A DNA stretch of 64,000 nt from Acidimicrobiia bacterium (GTDB taxonomy: Bacteria; Actinomycetota; Acidimicrobiia; Acidimicrobiales; Aldehydirespiratoraceae): NCBI GenBank assembly GCA_024421095.1, contig JAHQYM010000001.1:14089-78088 (forward strand), in the 5' to 3' direction. The notes under the pieces are model-generated. The model saw only the letters and a program-made list of their open reading frames with translations. It was not told the origin of the DNA and searched no databases. A program made the position numbers and the translations under genes. Below are positions 36,254-46,303 of this stretch, one piece after another. How positions within the stretch are numbered: the stretch's first letter is position 1; every line of letters starts with the position of its first letter.

Positions 36254-37027
36254 GTGAGGGTGGTGCCGCCGCCGCCGGGTTTTGTGCGAGCCCGGATGAA
36301 TGTTGCTTATGACGGTGCCCCTTATCGCGGTTTCGCTAGCAATCCGAACGTGGCATCAGTGCAAGAATGCCTTGAGAGGTCGTTAGGTCAAGTTCTGCGG
36401 CACCCGATTGCCGTAACCGGCGCGGGACGCACGGATGCCGGCGTTCATGCCCGTGCTCAGGTTGTTTCCTTTGATGCCGATGAGGCACGCTTTGATCCGG
36501 ATGCCTTGCGGCGAGCACTCAATCGTTTGTTGGCACCGACAATTTCCGTTGACAATATTGAAGCAACGGCGGTGGACTTTGACGCACGACTCAGTTGCAC
36601 AGGACGCAGTTATCGCTACCGCATTTTCAATCGCACGGTGCCAGACCCGTTGCAGCGCCATTTTGCTTGGCACGTTCGTGACCCTCTTGATCTTGAGGCG
36701 ATGTCTCAAGCCACCACGCAGATCCTCGGTACCCACGACTTCAGGTCGTTCTCGAAAATTAACAAGAGCCGTCCACAGCAAAATTTTGAGCGCACTGTGC
36801 GTCGTGCCTGCTGGTATCGCTGCGGCGATCTGGTCTTGTTTGACATTACCGCGAGTGCTTTCACGCATCAGATGGTGCGCTCACTAGTTGGTATGTACGT
36901 GGCGATTGGGCGGGGACGGCGCGCCGTTTCGGCAATGGGTGAGGTGTTGGGTGAGTTGAGTCGTGCCAATGCACCTAGCCCTGCTCCTAGCCACGGTTTG
37001 GTTTTGTGGTGCGCGCATTATGATTGA
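36254..37027 (+). CDS. truA: tRNA pseudouridine(38-40) synthase TruA
   Basis: YDGAPYRGF...GAGRTDAGVHARAQV (catalytic Asp motif). Canonical position after rplQ. Confidence 0.9.
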   Translation: MRVVPPPPGFVRARMNVAYDGAPYRGFASNPNVASVQECLERSLGQVLRHPIAVTGAGRTDAGVHARAQVVSFDADEARFDPDALRRALNRLLAPTISVDNIEATAVDFDARLSCTGRSYRYRIFNRTVPDPLQRHFAWHVRDPLDLEAMSQATTQILGTHDFRSFSKINKSRPQQNFERTVRRACWYRCGDLVLFDITASAFTHQMVRSLVGMYVAIGRGRRAVSAMGEVLGELSRANAPSPAPSHGLVLWCAHYD

Positions 37028-37164
37028 TGGCGCTGCGGCTCGGCGCTGAAATTTGGAGAAGTCAGATTTTGTTGTGTCGTTTTGTTCAAAGTGCCGTAGC
37101 CTAATGTGTTCAACTTGTTGTTTCGCCGGTCGCTAGATGACCGGTCATTATTCGAAAGAGTTCT

Positions 37165-37635
37165 GTGACTACCACCGCTATACGAGCGAGCGAAATCCAG
37201 CGTAAATGGCATGTCGTTGATGCCGACGGCTTGGTTCTCGGACGGCTCGCTACTGAAGTTGCCAACATTTTGCGTGGCAAACACAAGCCCAGTTTCACTC
37301 CCCACCTCGACACTGGCGACCATGTGATTATTGTCAATGCAGACAAAATAGTCCTAACCAGCGGTAAAGCCGACAAGAAGATCGCATACCGGCACTCTGG
37401 TTACCCCGGCGGTATCAAATCCGAAACCTACCGCCACAAGCTAACCCGTAAACCAGAACAAACCCTGCTCGACAGCATCGCCGGCATGATCCCCAAAACT
37501 CGCCTTGGTCGAGCACAAATCAAGAAACTCAAAGTCTACGCCGGTCCAACCCATCCACATCAAGCACAGCAGCCACAACCGCTAACCATTGCTCACGCTG
37601 TGGCGCGTCAACCCGCCAATACTGAACACAACTAA
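37165..37635 (+). CDS. rplM: 50S ribosomal protein L13
   Basis: [30 protein letters not shown]. Confidence 0.96.
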   Translation: MTTTAIRASEIQRKWHVVDADGLVLGRLATEVANILRGKHKPSFTPHLDTGDHVIIVNADKIVLTSGKADKKIAYRHSGYPGGIKSETYRHKLTRKPEQTLLDSIAGMIPKTRLGRAQIKKLKVYAGPTHPHQAQQPQPLTIAHAVARQPANTEHN

Positions 37636-37653
37636 GGAACCGAGAAATACCCA

Positions 37654-38046
37654 ATGCCCGCTCCAATCATGCAGTCCACAGGTCGCCGCAAGCGTTCCGT
37701 AGCACGTGTCCGATTCCGTCTTGGCGACGGCCAAGTAACTGTGAATGGAAGAACGCTCGACGATTACTTCCCGTCACGCACCCACCGTATGCTCTCCACC
37801 GATCCATTGCGAGTTACCGACACCAAAACAACGTACGATATTGATGCCAAGATCCACGGTGGCGGGAATAGCGGGCAGGCTGGAGCGTTGCGTCTTGGGA
37901 TCGCCCGAGGTCTGGTGAAAATTGATCTTGAACACCGCGACGCTTTGAAAAAAGCTGGTTTTCTTACCCGTGACCCACGCAAGAAAGAATCCAAGAAATA
38001 CGGCCTCAAGAAGGCCCGCAAAGCTCCGCAGTACAGCAAGCGCTGA
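37654..38046 (+). CDS. rpsI: 30S ribosomal protein S9
   Basis: [12 protein letters not shown]...[17 protein letters not shown]...[12 protein letters not shown]. Confidence 0.96.
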   Translation: MPAPIMQSTGRRKRSVARVRFRLGDGQVTVNGRTLDDYFPSRTHRMLSTDPLRVTDTKTTYDIDAKIHGGGNSGQAGALRLGIARGLVKIDLEHRDALKKAGFLTRDPRKKESKKYGLKKARKAPQYSKR

Positions 38047-38061
38047 TCCGCTGCTGCTCCG

Positions 38062-39459
38062 GTGAGGTTGCGCTTCGGAACCGACGGAGTGCGTGGTGAC
38101 ACACGCACTGTGCTGTCTGCACAAGCAGTGGCGGCCTTGGGGCGTGCCGCAGCCGAAATCCTTGGCGACAACGCTTTTGCGATCGGTCGAGACACTCGCG
38201 TTTCGGGTGCTGCGCTTGTTGGGGCCATGCACGCCGGCGTGGCCGCCGCTGGTGGCAGTTCGGTCGACTTAGGAATTATCACGACCCCAGGGGTTGCGCG
38301 TTGGTGCTGCGACCACCAAGTTGGCGGAGCGGTGGTTTCTGCTTCGCACAATCCTTGGCACGACAACGGTGTGAAGTTTTTTGCCGCTGGTGGTTCGAAA
38401 CTCACAGAAACATCGCAACAGGAAATCCAACGGCGCTTCGACCGCTACCTTACGGCAGGTGATACCTCTCGGGGGTTGGCTGAAGAGTGCCAAAAGTCCG
38501 TTATTGACCGACACTCCCAAGCGCTAAGCAACCATTGTCAGGCGCTAATTGGCAGTATCGATGGTCGCACCTTTGCTGGGTTGAAGATCGTTATCGACTT
38601 AGCTAACGGCGCGGCCACAACGATAGCCAAACGCGTGTTCGCGGCTCTTGATGCAGACCTAACAGTAATCCACGATTCGCCCGATGGGTACAACATCAAC
38701 GCTGGCTGCGGATCAACCGACTTGAAGTCATTGCAGGTCGCCGTAGTCGAAAATTCAGCCGACGTTGGGTTGGCTTTCGATGGTGATGCCGACCGGGTGC
38801 TAGCCGTTGATGCCAACGGCAAACTTGTGGACGGTGACGGAATAATCGCGATTTGTGCCCTCGACCGACACCAACGCGCCATGCTTAGGGCCAACACGGT
38901 AGTAGTTACCACCATGACCAACCTCGGTTTCCGGTTGGCGATGGACGCGGCCGGGATTAAGGTCGTTGAAACCGAAGTCGGTGACCGTTACGTGCTCGAA
39001 ACGCTGAACGCCAACGGCTTGGAGCTTGGCGGCGAACAGTCCGGTCATGTAATCTTTCGTGATTTAGCTACGACTGGTGACGGTTTGCTCACCGCCGTCC
39101 AACTAATCGGTGTGATGGTTCGGCGTTCTAGCAGCCTCGCCGCGCTAGCCAGCAACGCCATGACCGCTTTGCCGCAAGTGTTGACCAATGTTGCCGTACC
39201 CAAGTTGCTGTCCCAAAATGAAACTGTGGCGTTGCGTCAACTTTGTGCGCCGCTTGTTGATGCGGCGGGCGCACGCTTAGCCGGCAAGGGCCGTGTGCTG
39301 ATAAGGCCCTCTGGCACTGAACCACTGATCCGCGTGATGGTTGAAGCGGAGACCATGACCGAAGCGCAAATGGAAGCAGACGCTTTGGCGGAGGCGGTTA
39401 AACTGTTCGCAGAAGGTTCATTAGCTGCAAGCAACCAACGATCCGAACTGGCAGACTGA
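38062..39459 (+). CDS. glmM: Phosphoglucosamine mutase
   Basis: FGTDGVRG, phosphoserine loop SASHNPWHDNG, metal loop FDGDADR, GGEQSGH. Confidence 0.93.
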   Translation: MRLRFGTDGVRGDTRTVLSAQAVAALGRAAAEILGDNAFAIGRDTRVSGAALVGAMHAGVAAAGGSSVDLGIITTPGVARWCCDHQVGGAVVSASHNPWHDNGVKFFAAGGSKLTETSQQEIQRRFDRYLTAGDTSRGLAEECQKSVIDRHSQALSNHCQALIGSIDGRTFAGLKIVIDLANGAATTIAKRVFAALDADLTVIHDSPDGYNINAGCGSTDLKSLQVAVVENSADVGLAFDGDADRVLAVDANGKLVDGDGIIAICALDRHQRAMLRANTVVVTTMTNLGFRLAMDAAGIKVVETEVGDRYVLETLNANGLELGGEQSGHVIFRDLATTGDGLLTAVQLIGVMVRRSSSLAALASNAMTALPQVLTNVAVPKLLSQNETVALRQLCAPLVDAAGARLAGKGRVLIRPSGTEPLIRVMVEAETMTEAQMEADALAEAVKLFAEGSLAASNQRSELAD

Positions 39460-39465
39460 CGGTCT

Positions 39466-42400
39466 ATGTGCGGAATCATCGCAGTTGTGCGGCAACCCAC
39501 AAAGCGGTCAGTTCCCTGTCGCTCCGCAATCACGCGGTCACTTGCGGCGGCAGCGGAATCCTTTGCTCGCTATGCCGCTAACGCGGACTTGCACGGTTTG
39601 CGGGTGGCTGCCGATGAACTAACTCAAATTGATGCGCAGTTGCGGGGAGTTGCCGGGCTGCGTTTAATGTTGGAAGACCCTTCGCTACTTGAAGTGTTGG
39701 CTCAAGGTTGCAACCAATTTTTGGCTCAAATTCAGTTAATTGAGGCATCACTAGAAGCAAACCCGCCGCTCAAATCCGTCGAACTGCAACACGCCAATTT
39801 CGAACTCAACCGCATCCGTGATGCGCTTTGGGCGATCGCGCGGGATCGTTTGCGGGCCGCTCGCAGTGTTAGTCAACTCAGTAATCAGGCTCGCCATCCC
39901 GCTGCGCTTGAGGCGTATTTGTCAGTTCATCAGGCGCTTAGTGCGCTTGACCGCCTTGAAGTTCGAGGGCGTGATTCCGCGGGGTTGCATCTGCTAGTTT
40001 ACGGCCACGCTCTTGACCTGAACGCTGCCTGGGTTGGCGCGGCCATCGCTCAACGTAGTCAAGACGCAACTTTCGCTTCGCGTAGTGTCCGCATCGTCGA
40101 TGGTCATCTGAGCGTGGTTTACAAGGTTGCCAACGAGATCGGCGAGTTGGGCGACAATACTGCGGCGCTCCGCAATGCACTCCGCGAAGACGAACTTCTG
40201 GCCGCAGCGTTGGCCAACGACAGCGCCCAAGCAATGGTTTTGGCGCACACTAGGTGGGCTTCAGTCGGCATCATTTCTGAACCTAACGCGCACCCACTCA
40301 ACAGTGAACTCGCAAGCGCAGATGGTCCCTATGTTGTGGCCGCCTTGAACGGCGATGTAGACAATTACGCCGACCTGATAACCGAAGAAGGTTTGCGAAT
40401 AGCGAAAGGCATTAGCACCGACGCCAAAGTCATTCCCTCGATCATGAGCCGCCGCTTAGCTGAGGGCTACAGCAACGCTGAGGCATTTCGGCGCACGGTG
40501 GCAGCTTTCGAAGGTTCAGTCGCAATCGCCGCCAATACCGCGAACGCCCCCGGGCAGCTGGCATTAGCCTCGCGTGGCAGCGGTCAAGCCCTCTATGTTG
40601 GTTTGGCTGAAGATGCCTACATCGTGGCGAGCGAACCGTACGGCCTCGTTGAAGAAACCGCTCAATATCTACGCATGGATGGCGAAACTCCCGCAAACCT
40701 AGAGAACGCCAACGCTAGCCGAGGCCAGATCATTGAACTCGACAACGAATTCGCAGGCACACTAGCGGGCATAACCCGGCGAGCCTACGACGGCACCGAT
40801 TTGGCGGTTGCTGCGAGTGAAGTGATAACCACTGAGATCACAACTCGTGATATCGACCGTGGCGATAATCCTCACTACTTGCTGAAGGAACTCAAAGAAG
40901 CTCCTCAGTCGTTTCGCAAAACTCTGCGCGGGAAGATAATTTACGGCAGCGACGGACCTCGCGTGTCGCTCGGGCCTGAGACCTTCCCCCCGAAGGTTCG
41001 TCAGGATTTTCAGAACGGCACAGTCAACAGGATCGTGATCATTGGGCAGGGTACCGCGGCGATTGCCGCGCAATGCATCACAGTCACACTCGGGGGACTG
41101 TTGCCGGCGGGCACGATTGTGGTCGAAACGATGCTAGCCACCGAGTTGTCGGGCTTTGGCTTGCGCCCCGATATGTCCGACACGTTGGTTGTGGCGATTA
41201 GTCAGTCGGGCACTACCACCGACACCAACCGTACGGTCGATATTGTGCGTAGTCGCGGCGCTTGCGTGATCGCCATCGTCAACCGTCGTGGCAGCGACCT
41301 CACCGACCGCGCCGATGGCGTGTTTTACACCTCCGATGGGCGCGATGTGGAGATGAGCGTGGCATCAACCAAAGCGTTTTATGCCCAGATCGCTGCTTCT
41401 TTGCTGCTCGCGGTGTGTATCGCCGATGAACTGTCGCCCACGGAGGGTTGCCAAAACCGCCGCAAGTTGTTGGAGGCAATCGAGGATGTGGCACCTGCTC
41501 TTGAGACGGTATTGAGCAACCGCGAGACTATCGCTAGTGCCGCGCAGCAGTTCGCTCCAAGCCGCCGCTATTGGGCGATGGTAGGCAACGGCGCTAACCG
41601 TATCGCCGCGGCTGAGTTGCGCATCAAGCTTTCTGAGCTTTGCTACAAGTCAATGTCGGTTGACGCCACCGAAGACAAAAAACACATAGACCTCTCTGCG
41701 GAGCCTTTAATTGTTGTTTGCGCCGCGGGCTTGTCGGGCTCAACTGCGGACGATGTGGCCAAAGAGGTGGCGATTTTTCGTGCTCATAAGGCCGCCCCGA
41801 TTGTGATAGCTGATCAAGGTGAGGGGCGTTTTGACGCTGCGCTCGCGGTGCTCTACGTGCCAGCAATCGATAGTCGTTTGGCGTTCATCTTGTCGACCAT
41901 GGCCGGTCATTTGTTTGGCTATGAAGCGGCTTTGGCGATAGATGCCCAAGCTCAGCCGCTGCGTGAAGCGCACAGTGCCATTGAGGGCGCAGCGGCTCAA
42001 CCGAACCTTAGCGGCGAAGCTGCCCTCAAGTGTGTTGCTCCGGTTTTGCAGCGAGCAGCCGCGAGTTTCTTTGATGGTTTACGTGCGGGGGATTACAACG
42101 GCCATCTCGAAGCCTCAAACGCAGTTAAGCTGGCTTCGTTGTTTCGTTTCGCTGCGGGTTCCACACGTCTTGAGGCGTATCAACTTGAGTACGGCAAAGT
42201 TGGCACCCCAGCAGTGATCCTCGATGACCTTGCCGCGGCCCTGCGGGTTGGCATTGACCAGTTGACCCGACCGATTGACGCGATCAAGCATCAAGCCAAA
42301 ACAGTGACCGTAGGGATTTCTCGTTCCGATGAGACTTTGTTGCAGGTGCCTCTGGCTTTCGCAGCGTTGGCTGCGGGTGCTCCCCGCGATCGGTTGAGTT

Positions 42401-42924
42401 ACGCGTCTTTACGCACCTTGGCCGACCTTGACCCAGCGGTTGAGAAGGTGCTGGGCCATACCCGATACCGCGTCGAGGGCTTGACCGTTGACGCAGGCGG
42501 CGTTACGCCGGGCGCTAAGGTAAGTCCTACAGCGGTTGTGGTAGACCGCGCCGGGATCTCCTGTCAGATCGCTTCTCGCACCGATCGGTATCCGAGGTTG
42601 CGCGGCACCAAACACCAAGTTGCCCTCGAACGGCGGGTTTTTGTGGCTCGTGGTCGAGCCGATGGCCGTTGCGTAATCATCATTCCCGAACTGAAGGACA
42701 ATCTCACTACGGGGCTCACTTTGCTTCATGTGCGGTTTGTGTCGGCTCTTTCGGTGGCGGCGGCCCGTGGGGTGTTGCGTGGCTACCGTAACCGTTATTC
42801 GGCTTTGTATGACGCGGTTGTGGAGACCGAGGAGGTGTTTCGTGAGGATCGTTTGGCCACGGAGGATGTGGCCGACTTGTTGACAATGCCGATTAATCTG
42901 TTGGCCGATCGGTGGCGCACCTAA
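39466..42924 (+). CDS. GlmS-like glutamine-fructose-6-phosphate aminotransferase homologue of about twice the canonical length (1152 aa)
   Basis: N-terminal nucleophile MCGIIAVV. The motif LDRLEVRGRDSAG appears only at aa 161-173. Also HTRWASVG, two SIS modules (VVAISQSGTTTDT, VASTKAFYAQ, ATEDKKH), and the C-tail-like motif HQAKTVTVG at aa ~942-950 followed by ~200 further residues. Confidence 0.75.
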   Translation: MCGIIAVVRQPTKRSVPCRSAITRSLAAAAESFARYAANADLHGLRVAADELTQIDAQLRGVAGLRLMLEDPSLLEVLAQGCNQFLAQIQLIEASLEANPPLKSVELQHANFELNRIRDALWAIARDRLRAARSVSQLSNQARHPAALEAYLSVHQALSALDRLEVRGRDSAGLHLLVYGHALDLNAAWVGAAIAQRSQDATFASRSVRIVDGHLSVVYKVANEIGELGDNTAALRNALREDELLAAALANDSAQAMVLAHTRWASVGIISEPNAHPLNSELASADGPYVVAALNGDVDNYADLITEEGLRIAKGISTDAKVIPSIMSRRLAEGYSNAEAFRRTVAAFEGSVAIAANTANAPGQLALASRGSGQALYVGLAEDAYIVASEPYGLVEETAQYLRMDGETPANLENANASRGQIIELDNEFAGTLAGITRRAYDGTDLAVAASEVITTEITTRDIDRGDNPHYLLKELKEAPQSFRKTLRGKIIYGSDGPRVSLGPETFPPKVRQDFQNGTVNRIVIIGQGTAAIAAQCITVTLGGLLPAGTIVVETMLATELSGFGLRPDMSDTLVVAISQSGTTTDTNRTVDIVRSRGACVIAIVNRRGSDLTDRADGVFYTSDGRDVEMSVASTKAFYAQIAASLLLAVCIADELSPTEGCQNRRKLLEAIEDVAPALETVLSNRETIASAAQQFAPSRRYWAMVGNGANRIAAAELRIKLSELCYKSMSVDATEDKKHIDLSAEPLIVVCAAGLSGSTADDVAKEVAIFRAHKAAPIVIADQGEGRFDAALAVLYVPAIDSRLAFILSTMAGHLFGYEAALAIDAQAQPLREAHSAIEGAAAQPNLSGEAALKCVAPVLQRAAASFFDGLRAGDYNGHLEASNAVKLASLFRFAAGSTRLEAYQLEYGKVGTPAVILDDLAAALRVGIDQLTRPIDAIKHQAKTVTVGISRSDETLLQVPLAFAALAAGAPRDRLSYASLRTLADLDPAVEKVLGHTRYRVEGLTVDAGGVTPGAKVSPTAVVVDRAGISCQIASRTDRYPRLRGTKHQVALERRVFVARGRADGRCVIIIPELKDNLTTGLTLLHVRFVSALSVAAARGVLRGYRNRYSALYDAVVETEEVFREDRLATEDVADLLTMPINLLADRWRT

Positions 42925-42927
42925 ACT

Positions 42928-43302
42928 GTGCAGGTGCTTGGCATCGGGGTTGACCTTGTTGATATCAATCGATTTCGTTTGGTTTTGCAACGCACCCCCA
43001 CGCTTGTTGAGCGTTTGTTTCGACCTGATGAAGTTGCTTACGCTCATCAGGCTGCCGATCCATTACCGCGTTTAGCGGCGCGTTTTGCTGCTAAGGAGGC
43101 CACGTTAAAGTCGATGAATTGCGGATTAGGGGCCATGAAGATGCGTGACATTGAGGTCTTGCATCTTGCTGACGGCCGCCCTGAATTGTGTTTACACCAT
43201 GGCGCTGCCGAAAAAGCTCTAGCGTTCGGCGCGGGTCGTTTCTTGGTCACGCTGAGCCATACTAAAGATCTGGCTCAAGCTGCGGTCGTGGCTCTGGTTT
43301 GA
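42928..43302 (+). CDS. acpS: Holo-[acyl-carrier-protein] synthase
   Basis: 124 aa, LGIGVDLVDINRF...FAAKEATLK...SLSHT-like LSHTKDLA. Confidence 0.88.
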   Translation: MQVLGIGVDLVDINRFRLVLQRTPTLVERLFRPDEVAYAHQAADPLPRLAARFAAKEATLKSMNCGLGAMKMRDIEVLHLADGRPELCLHHGAAEKALAFGAGRFLVTLSHTKDLAQAAVVALV

Positions 43303-43304
43303 CG

Positions 43305-44636
43305 ATGCTGCCAATTGTTACGCCTGTGGAGATGGCGGCAATTGATGCTGCGGCGTCGGAAAGCCTGGAGACTTTGATTGATCGTGCCGCCCGCGCCGTG
43401 GCGCGTGAAGCTGTCGACTTGCTTGGGGGCACTTATGGACGGCGCGTGATTGTGCTTTGCGGTCCGGGCAATAATGGTGCTGATGGGCGGGTGGCGGCTA
43501 AGCATTTGGCGCGCCGTGGGGTTCGTGTCTCGGTGCTGTCGGTAGCGGCGGCTCCAGATTTGTTGCCCCCCGTGGATTTGCTAATTGACGCGGCGTTCGG
43601 TACGGGTTTGACACGCCCATATCATGCTCCGGAGGTAGCGCAAACCCAGCGCGTGTTGGCGGTAGATATTTGTTCTGGCATCAATGGTTTGACAGGGCAA
43701 CGCCTCGGGGTTCCGCTGCGCGCCCAACGCACGGTGACTTTCGCAGCGCTCAAACCGGGCCACGTGTTGGAGCCCGGGCGCGGGTGGGCCGGTGAGGTAC
43801 GGCTCGCGGACATCGGTTTGGATCTGGGCATTTGCAACACTCACGCGGTGGAGGATCGCGACATCGCGCCTTTGCTGCCGCGGCGATCAGCGGATGCTCA
43901 CAAATGGCGCTCGGGTTTGCGCGTCATTGGTGGGTCTGTGGGAATGACTGGTGCGGCAACATTGGCTGCTGCTGCCGCGCAGCGTGCCGGGGCCGGGATT
44001 GTTCAGCTAGCGATGCCTAACGCACGCGGTAACGAAGGCCCCATTGAAGCGGTCGTGTTACCTTTACCCACCGCTGATTGGGCTGACACAGCCTTAGCTG
44101 GGCTTGACGACCGAGTGCGTGCGGTGTTGGTGGGGCCAGGCTTGGGACGCAACGATCCGCACAGCGTGAAAACCATGCTTAGCGTGCCACTACCGCTAGT
44201 CCTAGATGGTGACGCGCTAACCGCTGATCTGCTTGACGTGCTGTTTGGTCGTAGCGCGCCAACGGTGCTAACGCCTCACGATGGGGAATGGCAACGTTTG
44301 GGTGGCGATTGCGGCCCCGATCGGATTGGGGCGGCCCGAGATTTTGCCACGAAGCATCGGGTGACAGTGATTCGCAAAGGTCCGTCAACGGTGATAGCGG
44401 CAGCCGGCGGCCAAGTTCGGGTGGTCACTTCGGGCACTTCGGCGTTGGCTACTGCGGGTACCGGTGATGTCTTGGCCGGTCTGGTGGTGGCGTTTCTCGC
44501 TCAAGGTGTTGCTGCGTTTGATGCTGCAACCGTCGCCGCGCAGGTGCATGGCGCTGTCGGTGCCGAGTTGGGTACACATTTGATTGCGAGTGACCTTCCC
44601 GCGGCTATCGGGCAGCGCCTGAACAACTTCCGCTAG
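43305..44636 (+). CDS. nnr: Bifunctional NAD(P)H-hydrate repair enzyme (epimerase plus ADP-dependent dehydratase)
   Basis: YjeF-N (VLCGPGNNGADG) and carbohydrate-kinase-like C-terminus (GTGDVLAG). ATG 43305 is preferred over TTG 43299. Confidence 0.85.
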   Translation: MLPIVTPVEMAAIDAAASESLETLIDRAARAVAREAVDLLGGTYGRRVIVLCGPGNNGADGRVAAKHLARRGVRVSVLSVAAAPDLLPPVDLLIDAAFGTGLTRPYHAPEVAQTQRVLAVDICSGINGLTGQRLGVPLRAQRTVTFAALKPGHVLEPGRGWAGEVRLADIGLDLGICNTHAVEDRDIAPLLPRRSADAHKWRSGLRVIGGSVGMTGAATLAAAAAQRAGAGIVQLAMPNARGNEGPIEAVVLPLPTADWADTALAGLDDRVRAVLVGPGLGRNDPHSVKTMLSVPLPLVLDGDALTADLLDVLFGRSAPTVLTPHDGEWQRLGGDCGPDRIGAARDFATKHRVTVIRKGPSTVIAAAGGQVRVVTSGTSALATAGTGDVLAGLVVAFLAQGVAAFDAATVAAQVHGAVGAELGTHLIASDLPAAIGQRLNNFR

Positions 44637-44645
44637 TTGGCATCC

Positions 44646-45500
44646 TCAACGGATTGCCGATTGGAGTTGGGTGACAGGCACGGAGATCGATGCAGAGCGC
44701 CTAATCGGCCCCCACAAATGCCAACTTTGGTTGCTGTTGGTGCGTTGCCAAATGTCCCAATGAACGGTTGCTCTGAGCTTGTATGGTGCTCCCCGATTGT
44801 GTGTGTAGGTGTAAGTGCAGTTGCTTGATTGGGGTTGATTGGTTGTCCGGTCCCAAACCTTGTTGAAGTCACCGAAGCAGCGCAGCGCAGGTGAACCGTC
44901 ACCCAGATCCCAAGTGACACTGCGAAATTGCGCCTTAACGGAAGCCCAAACTGGCCCAGCATTCGCAGACACTGTTGGGTATTGAACACGGCTTGTGATT
45001 GCTAACCAAGTTGGTACCCCCACAATTTGTTGACTCGGTGGAGAGAGAACTATTTTCGGGACTTCTAAGTTGAGATGCTCAACCGCATACTGCGCGGCTT
45101 CGCTCTCCACAACCGCCGCTCCCGGAACGCTGAACCTTTGACCCGTTACTACAGTTATTGGGTACCCCGCATATGGTTCGTCCTGGCGGTCTGTCCAGCA
45201 GTTCACCAAATAGAGTGTGTTTGGTTGTATATGGACCGGCCCCCCAGTGTATAAGGGTTCGACTCCTTCGGGTGTTACCTGGAAGTTGTAAAAGGCACAG
45301 TACAGGGTAGGTCCTCTGCCGGGACGACCCGGTGTGGTAGTCAGCCCTAGCGATCCCTGCGTTCCAGCAGTGACTTGGATGCCTTGCGCAACCTCGGTAA
45401 CTTCGGTGCCGTCAGATCCTTGTCCGTGCGTGGTGGCTTGTGGCCACAACAACGCAGCCGCAAGCACACACGCAAGAATGATTATTGTGCGGTTGCGCAT
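44646..45500 (-). CDS. Secreted hypothetical protein
   Basis: Signal peptide MRNRTIIILACVLAAALLWPQATTHG. The C-terminal region VGVPTWLAITS...VTWDLGDGS...C resembles conserved actinobacterial secreted proteins I cannot name. Confidence 0.6.
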   Translation of the reverse strand: MRNRTIIILACVLAAALLWPQATTHGQGSDGTEVTEVAQGIQVTAGTQGSLGLTTTPGRPGRGPTLYCAFYNFQVTPEGVEPLYTGGPVHIQPNTLYLVNCWTDRQDEPYAGYPITVVTGQRFSVPGAAVVESEAAQYAVEHLNLEVPKIVLSPPSQQIVGVPTWLAITSRVQYPTVSANAGPVWASVKAQFRSVTWDLGDGSPALRCFGDFNKVWDRTTNQPQSSNCTYTYTHNRGAPYKLRATVHWDIWQRTNSNQSWHLWGPIRRSASISVPVTQLQSAIR

Positions 45501-46303
45501 GCTTGTAGCGTTTCGTATCCGTCGGTCACTGGGTCAACATCAAAGGTGCCTTGAGCGAAGGAATCCTGGATCACCCGCCATCGTCCCGAAGCATTGCTTA
45601 GGGTCAGTTGTTGGCTGCGATATGACGCGCTGTCGTCGAGCACCTCGTTGGTTGCGAGGTCGTAATGGACAACATTGTCGAACAGACAGAAGTTCACGAT
45701 GAAGACCGGGCCCTCGCCATATAGCACCCAAGGCAAACGTACCATCGCTTGCCGATCTTCTGGCCAACGAACGCCTCGCTTGGCATCAAGGTTGGCTTGG
45801 ATTTCAGCACTCAATTGCGCTGCGAGCTTTGAACCGACAACATTATCCCAAAGTGGACTATTGGGATTCGGGGGATTGTTAGCTGCTAACCAAACATCGT
45901 AATACTCGACGATCGTTGCGAAAATCTGTTGCTCAACGCTCGCAGAGGCGTAATTCTGGTTTGCAGACGGCGCTGAACCCGGCGGCGAACTCGTAGTCGG
46001 TGTCGCCTCGGTGCTGGCCGGCACGGTTGAAGTTGAAACCTTGCTGCTGGTCGTTGTGGTGGTGCTGGTGGGGTCCGCGCTCATTGTGGTGGTGCTCACG
46101 GCGCTAGTGCTCGGCGCGGTGGGGCGCGTTGTCGCTTCACTGGTGGTTGCTGGCGCGCTAGTTGATGGGGGAGTGGTCGGGGTTGTCGGTGCTACGGTGG
46201 TTGTAGGAACAGTGCCCCCAACTGACTGCGTGATGCCGTTTTCACCGCAGCCAGAAGTCACGAGCACTATGCTCAGCATTCCTACAACACACCGCAACAC
46301 CAA
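45482..46303 (-). CDS. Lipoprotein with a Thr/Pro/Ser-rich linker and a globular C-terminal domain, function unknown
   Basis: Lipobox LVTSGC and a T/P/S-rich stretch (TTVAPTTPTTPPSTSAPATTSEATT...). The start is placed at TTG 46303 or GTG 46300 to give a normal signal peptide; the ORF-track start 46552 adds an implausible 83 aa. Confidence 0.55.
   Translation of the reverse strand: MVLRCVVGMLSIVLVTSGCGENGITQSVGGTVPTTTVAPTTPTTPPSTSAPATTSEATTRPTAPSTSAVSTTTMSADPTSTTTTTSSKVSTSTVPASTEATPTTSSPPGSAPSANQNYASASVEQQIFATIVEYYDVWLAANNPPNPNSPLWDNVVGSKLAAQLSAEIQANLDAKRGVRWPEDRQAMVRLPWVLYGEGPVFIVNFCLFDNVVHYDLATNEVLDDSASYRSQQLTLSNASGRWRVIQDSFAQGTFDVDPVTDGYETLQACATAQ

Noticed and set aside
37764-38405. 213-aa and 152-aa minus-strand ORFs over rpsI/glmM; similarly 42409-43047 over the glmS-like/acpS junction and 13475-14173 over the GS-like gene
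   Set aside because: These are shadow ORFs opposite genes with strong family motifs.
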